From NCBI RefSeq assembly GCF_964213995.1, contig NC_135823.1:49538001-49602000 (forward strand): a stretch of 64,000 bases of DNA, written 5' to 3'. This document shows, piece after piece, positions 58,207-64,000 of the stretch. Position 1 is the first letter of the stretch. Each line of letters begins with the position of its first letter. The notes beneath the pieces are model-generated. The model saw only the letters and a program-made list of their open reading frames with translations. It ran no database searches and was not told where the DNA came from. A program made the position numbers and the translations under genes. This DNA is from Mustelus asterias. Lineage: Eukaryota.

Positions 58207-60309
58207 ATGCAAATCCTTCTTTTTCCCTGACCAAAAATATCTAAAAGATGCGATAGGGTGAAATTAAACCCCTTCAGTCGCCGACATTTTCAGTATAAAG
58301 TTTTGTTTAGTTTTCGCTTTTAACGTGTAACTTTCTTTTAACATGGAACAGGTAAACATGGAACTGTCAAAGCAATCGCCAGCATTTAATCCGGGACCAC
58401 CATCATTCCCTGGAAGTGGCAGAATCAGCCAGTATGATGTGGAACAGAGACGATCACAGAGCCTCCATTATCCATTGCATTGGGGAAAGGAGAAATGGAT
58501 ATCAGAGGATTATTAAAAGTATCCAAATTTTTGTCTTGCATGTTTAGATTTAGCAAATGGGAATTAAGATGTGTGCGCTATGCCCAATTAGAAAGTCTTG
58601 GTGTCTTGCGTATGGATACATTCTAGAATATTCTGGCAAATAATTGCAACACGGAGAACCAAGATTCCAATGTACGAGAAATTTCTTCAGAATCCATGAC
58701 TCGAATCCACAGGTGTTCATGTGCTTTAACTGGGGTTAGAAACTGCTCCTTATCCATTCCTTTGGGACTTATTAAAGCAGGACCGATGCATGTTGTTGGG
58801 ACGAACAGGGAAGGTTTTACCCGGTGTCTGGGAGTTCTTGGTGCTGACACTAAGAAGCTGAAATGGGAAACATTCACTCCTTCAGCACTGGCATCTCTCA
58901 TCTAAACCAGCAGAATCGTTCAAAGGAGTTCAGCCTGAATGACAACTCTCTTGCACGTGACCCTTTTGAATGCTTCTTCCATTGTTTAATCCTTAACATT
59001 TATGACAAACTGTTCTGTAACAGAATTGTTTGCCCTCCTCTGTGGAGAGTTTGCTGGTGGTGGGGGATTTAATCTGGCAGGAGGGAGGATGGTGGGTTGG
59101 GATCCTGTCACCTTCCCACCTCCACTCAGGTTAAATCCACGATGGGCAACCTTCTTACCTCATTGCCAATTGAGGCCCGTAAGTGGGCAAATAATGCCGA
59201 CTATAGGGGTTCACCTGTTGGCACTGGGGGCGCTCACTATGCAGGTAAACACCAGCAAACAAACCCTAGAGTGTTTACTTGTGGGCTCCAGGAGGGGGGG
59301 GGGGGGGGGCTGGTCGCCCTTTGTTCAAAGGCACAGTGCCTGATTGAGAGACCTGGAATTGGGAAATGGGGAGGGCGGGGTCGCTGAAAACCAGCCTTGC
59401 CCCTGCTGCTGACCCCCTCACCACTCCACCAACTCCCTCACCCCATGACTTCCCCTCCCACCATTACTCACCTGTCGGCCTGGGTCCCTCCTCGATCTGA
59501 GGCCTCCCCGGTGGCACTGCTGTGTGCAGTGGTTCATTGCTCTCAGCAGACAGTACCTCTGCCCCTAGGCTCCTTTATCCCGGGGAAGGCCCATTGCCAA
59601 CCTGTTAAGTGCCTGAATTGCACAATATACAGTCAGCCCGCTCTATAAGAGGTGACACAGGTGTATCACCAGCTCTCATGCAGGCGCCTGAGACCCCCCA
59701 TCACCTCCACAAGATTCCAGTCTGCGGATCTTCCAGTTTTATTGGGACTTCTCACTCCTTTAAACTGCTCTTCAGTCAGTCACTTGGATATGTTACATTA
59801 AAAGTGTAAATGTGACCAGTTTCAAGTCACCCAGATCCAGAGACGAGGAATTGTAAAATGATAACTTTGTGGAGTGCATTGCACGGTCCTCTAATATAAA
59901 TATGCTGGTCACCAATAACTCCAATCAGGAATTCAGGAGAAACTTATTTACCCAGAGAGTGGTGTGAATGTGCAACTCGCTGCTGCAAGGTTGAGGTGAA
60001 TAGCATAGGTGCATTTAAAAGGAAGCTAGATAAATACATGAGGGAGAAAGGAATCCAAGGCTATGCTGACAGAGTGAGATGAAGAGGGATGGGCAGAGGC
60101 TCATGGAGAGCATAAATGCCAGCACAGACCAGTTGGGCAGAATGGCCTGCAGCAAATGGCTGAAGACTCCATGTAATTCTCATTTCTGTTGCTAGAATTT
60201 ATTTTTTTAATGTGAAGAATCACTTCCAGTTATTCTCTCCTGAAGATGATTTGGCCTCTAACCCCTGACATGTTGCACCCTCATCTCCCTCTGATCTGGT
60301 GTTCAGAAA

Positions 60310-61750
60310 AGGTTGTAAGAACAAGCCTAGCAATTATAGTTAACTTCAGTGGTGGGGAAGCTTGTAAAAACAATTATTCACAATATAATTAATAATCACT
60401 TGGCAAAATGCAGCTTGATTAGGAAGAGGGTGCGTGGATTTCTTAAGGGAAAATTGTGTTTAACTAACTTTCTGGAGTTGTTTGAAGAGGTAACAGAGAG
60501 GGTTGATGAGGGTAATGTTGTTAATGTGGCACGGTGGCAGAGTGGTTAGCACTGCTGCCTCACAGCACCAGGGACCCGGGTTCGATTCCCAGCTTGGGTC
60601 ACTGTCTGTGGGAAGTTTGCACATTCTCCCCGTGTCTCCCTGGGTTTCCTCCAGGTGCTCCTGTTTCGTCCCACAGTCCAAAGATGTGCAGGTTAGGTGG
60701 ATTGGCCATGCTAAATTGCTCCTTAGTGTCAGGGGGACTAGCTAGGGTAAATGCTTGTGGTTATGGGGATAGGGCCTGGGTGGGATTGTGGTCAGTGCAC
60801 ACTCAAAGAACAAAGAACAGTATTCTGGGCTTTGTTAATAGCGGCATCAAATACAAGAGCAAGGAGGTTATGCTGAACTTGTAGAAAACATTAGTTAGAC
60901 CTCAGCTGGAGTATTCTGTACAGTGGAGCGGCACGGTGACACAATGGTTAGCACTGCTGCCTCACAGCTCCAGGGACCTGGTTCGATTCCCGGCTTGAAT
61001 CACTGTCTGTGTGGAGTTTACACGTTCTCCCCATGTCTGCATGGGTTTTCTCTGGGTGCTCCAGTTTCCTCCCACAGTCCAAAGATGTGCGGGTTAGGTG
61101 CGTTGACCATGCTAAATTGCACCTTAATGTCCTGGGATGCGTAGGCTAAAAGGATTAGTGGATAAATATGTAGGGTTACGCGGATAGGGCCTAGGTGGGA
61201 TTGTTGTCAGTGCAGACTCAATGGGCCGAATGGCCTCCTTCTGCACTGTAGAGTTTCTATGATTCAATGAGTTCTTGGCGCCACACTATAGGATGTGAAC
61301 GCATTGGAGAGAATGCAGAAGAGGTTTACAAGAATGGTTCCAGGGATGAGAAAGTTCAGTTGTGAGGATAGAGTGGAGAGGTTGGGACTATTCTCCTTGG
61401 AGAAAAGGCTAAGAGGCGATTTGGTAGATGTATTCAAAATCATGATGGGACTGGATAGAATAGATAAGAGAGAAACTGTTCTTGCTTTTAAAAGGGTCAA
61501 GAACAAGAGGGCACAGATTTAAAGAGAAAAGACTTCTTCACACGGCGAGTGGTTTGGGTGTGGAATACACTGCCTGTAATTGTGGTGGAGGCAGCTTAAT
61601 CGAGGTATTCAAGAGAGCGCTAGATGATTATTTGAATAGAAACAAAGTGCAGGGGTATGGGGAAAGGCAGGAGAGTGGGGCTAAGTCATAATGCTCACCT
61701 GGAGAGCCAGTGCAGATGATGGGCCAAATGACCACCTTCTGCAAGGTAAC
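60310..61750 (+). mobile_element. CR1-type LINE fragment with two nested SINEs
   Basis: GFLKGKLCLTNFLELFEEVT; ALERMQKRFTRMVPG; LGLFSLEKRLRGDL. Confidence 0.8.
60527..61266 (+). mobile_element. Two HE1-like V-SINEs (60527-60803, 60927-61266) nested in CR1
   Basis: Family consensus on the + strand, interrupting the CR1 frame. Confidence 0.85.
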
Positions 61751-62892
61751 AATTCTGAGAGACTCCTTTATGGCCTCAGCCCCACCAGGGGATATCTGGG
61801 ATGGTAATGCTTGTGTGGGATACACGATAAAGAAACTGGAGCTGGTTCTGGTGAAGTTGATGGTGCTGCCAATCTGTCTCCGTCCCTCTGCCCATCCTTC
61901 TACCATTAATAAATGGTTTTCTGCTCGGCAAAGTGCTTGGATCTGGATTTGATTAATTTGTGTCCAAAAGTGGAAAACTCAACGTTGCAAATGGACACAG
62001 TCTAAATGGACAAGCCAAGCAGTCTCACTAAGGATGGTAACAAATCAAAAGCAAAAATAGCAACTTGGATATTCCATTGTTGGAATTGTTCCATATCCCA
62101 GGAGCAAGAAACTTTTGTCTGAGTTTTTGACAATTTTCTGTTGATGTTACGCAACAAAACTGTGTTTCACCCGGGAATCCAGTTATGGAATGTGATCCCA
62201 AATTAATTCCATAACCTTTATCCAGAGCCCTAATCTTCCTAATTTCCACCATAACTACACCCCATCTACAGAACCTGCTCTGTGTGCTCCTCACTGCATG
62301 CAACTGGAATCCCACCTCTCCAAATGCTGATAGATTGTATCATTGGACCGGCATTCAGTCTCATGCTAAGACCGTGTTAAAATAAATCTTCACTCGAGAC
62401 AAGAAGGGACAGTAATGGTACAAACCAGAAAAACCTGAGGCTTTTTATTTCTACTTGGATGTAAAGTCAACTGGTAATCTCATTAATAACTTGATCTACA
62501 TATATCATAAGGCTAGGGTGTCAGTTTGGCTGATTTTTGCAGCTGTCTCCTCTTTGAAATGTTTTGACACAGTGTCTGTAAGCACAATTACTAGAGATTA
62601 ATTTGAAAGCAGATATTATGGGGAAGAGAAGGGGTGTGGGACTAATTGGAACAGCTCTTTCAAAGGGCTATATGATTCTAGAAGATGTTGAAATCTAAAC
62701 ATGTAACAAACATTAGTAACAGTTGAGTTGCAATTCCTGTACTGTGTACAAGAGGGGTTTCTAACTTGTGAACACCCAAAGCTTTTAGCAAATGCATCAT
62801 TCATTTCTTTTAGCTGTCTCATTATTCTGATTCAACCTCATCCAATTCAGCGAAACAATCTTCGGCAGAAGGGAAACTGCCGCCTTTTGATG

Positions 62893-63800
<908 letters not shown>

Positions 63801-64000
63801 TCAACAAATACTTTACAATCAGAGATTGTTTATGGTTTTAATTGAAAGAACAGTTAAAATCCAAACAAGTGGAAAATGAAGGGCAAGTCAATGCTTGTAC
63901 ACAATCAGGATTTCACTTCAGTAAGTATCGGTTTGGGATATATTACAAACTCACTCGGATTTCCCTTTTAGATCTTACTGCACTAATTTTCCTGCCCTGA

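Overview
Vertebrate genomic DNA, almost certainly a shark (inferred from HE1/V-SINE-type SINEs, CR1 and Penelope repeats). It holds four spliced protein-coding genes, reconstructed by hand from GT-AG junctions and frame continuity. (1) DXO, + strand, 6 coding exons at 12027-22173, 420 aa. (2) A peroxisomal carrier, SLC25A17/PMP34 or its '-like' paralogue, - strand, 9 exons at 38226-23180, 312 aa, tail-to-tail with DXO. (3) ANKS4B, + strand, 46634-54467, 432 aa. (4) The last two exons of CRYM, - strand. SLC25A17 exon 1 sits between two ~5 kb G/C minisatellite arrays of opposite strand polarity and two assembly gaps; all the giant Gly/Pro ORFs come from these arrays. Introns contain many SINEs and LINE fragments and a young Penelope-like element with RT + GIY-YIG and inverted pseudo-LTRs. 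The most notable signals are: a size series (28 bp to 2 kb) of Penelope 'tail'/hairpin insertions with 12-14 bp TSDs; hammerhead ribozyme cores; a splice donor overlapping the ANKS4B stop codon with a matching candidate third exon; and non-mammalian synteny of DXO and SLC25A17. Repeat boundaries are approximate and no database searches were run.
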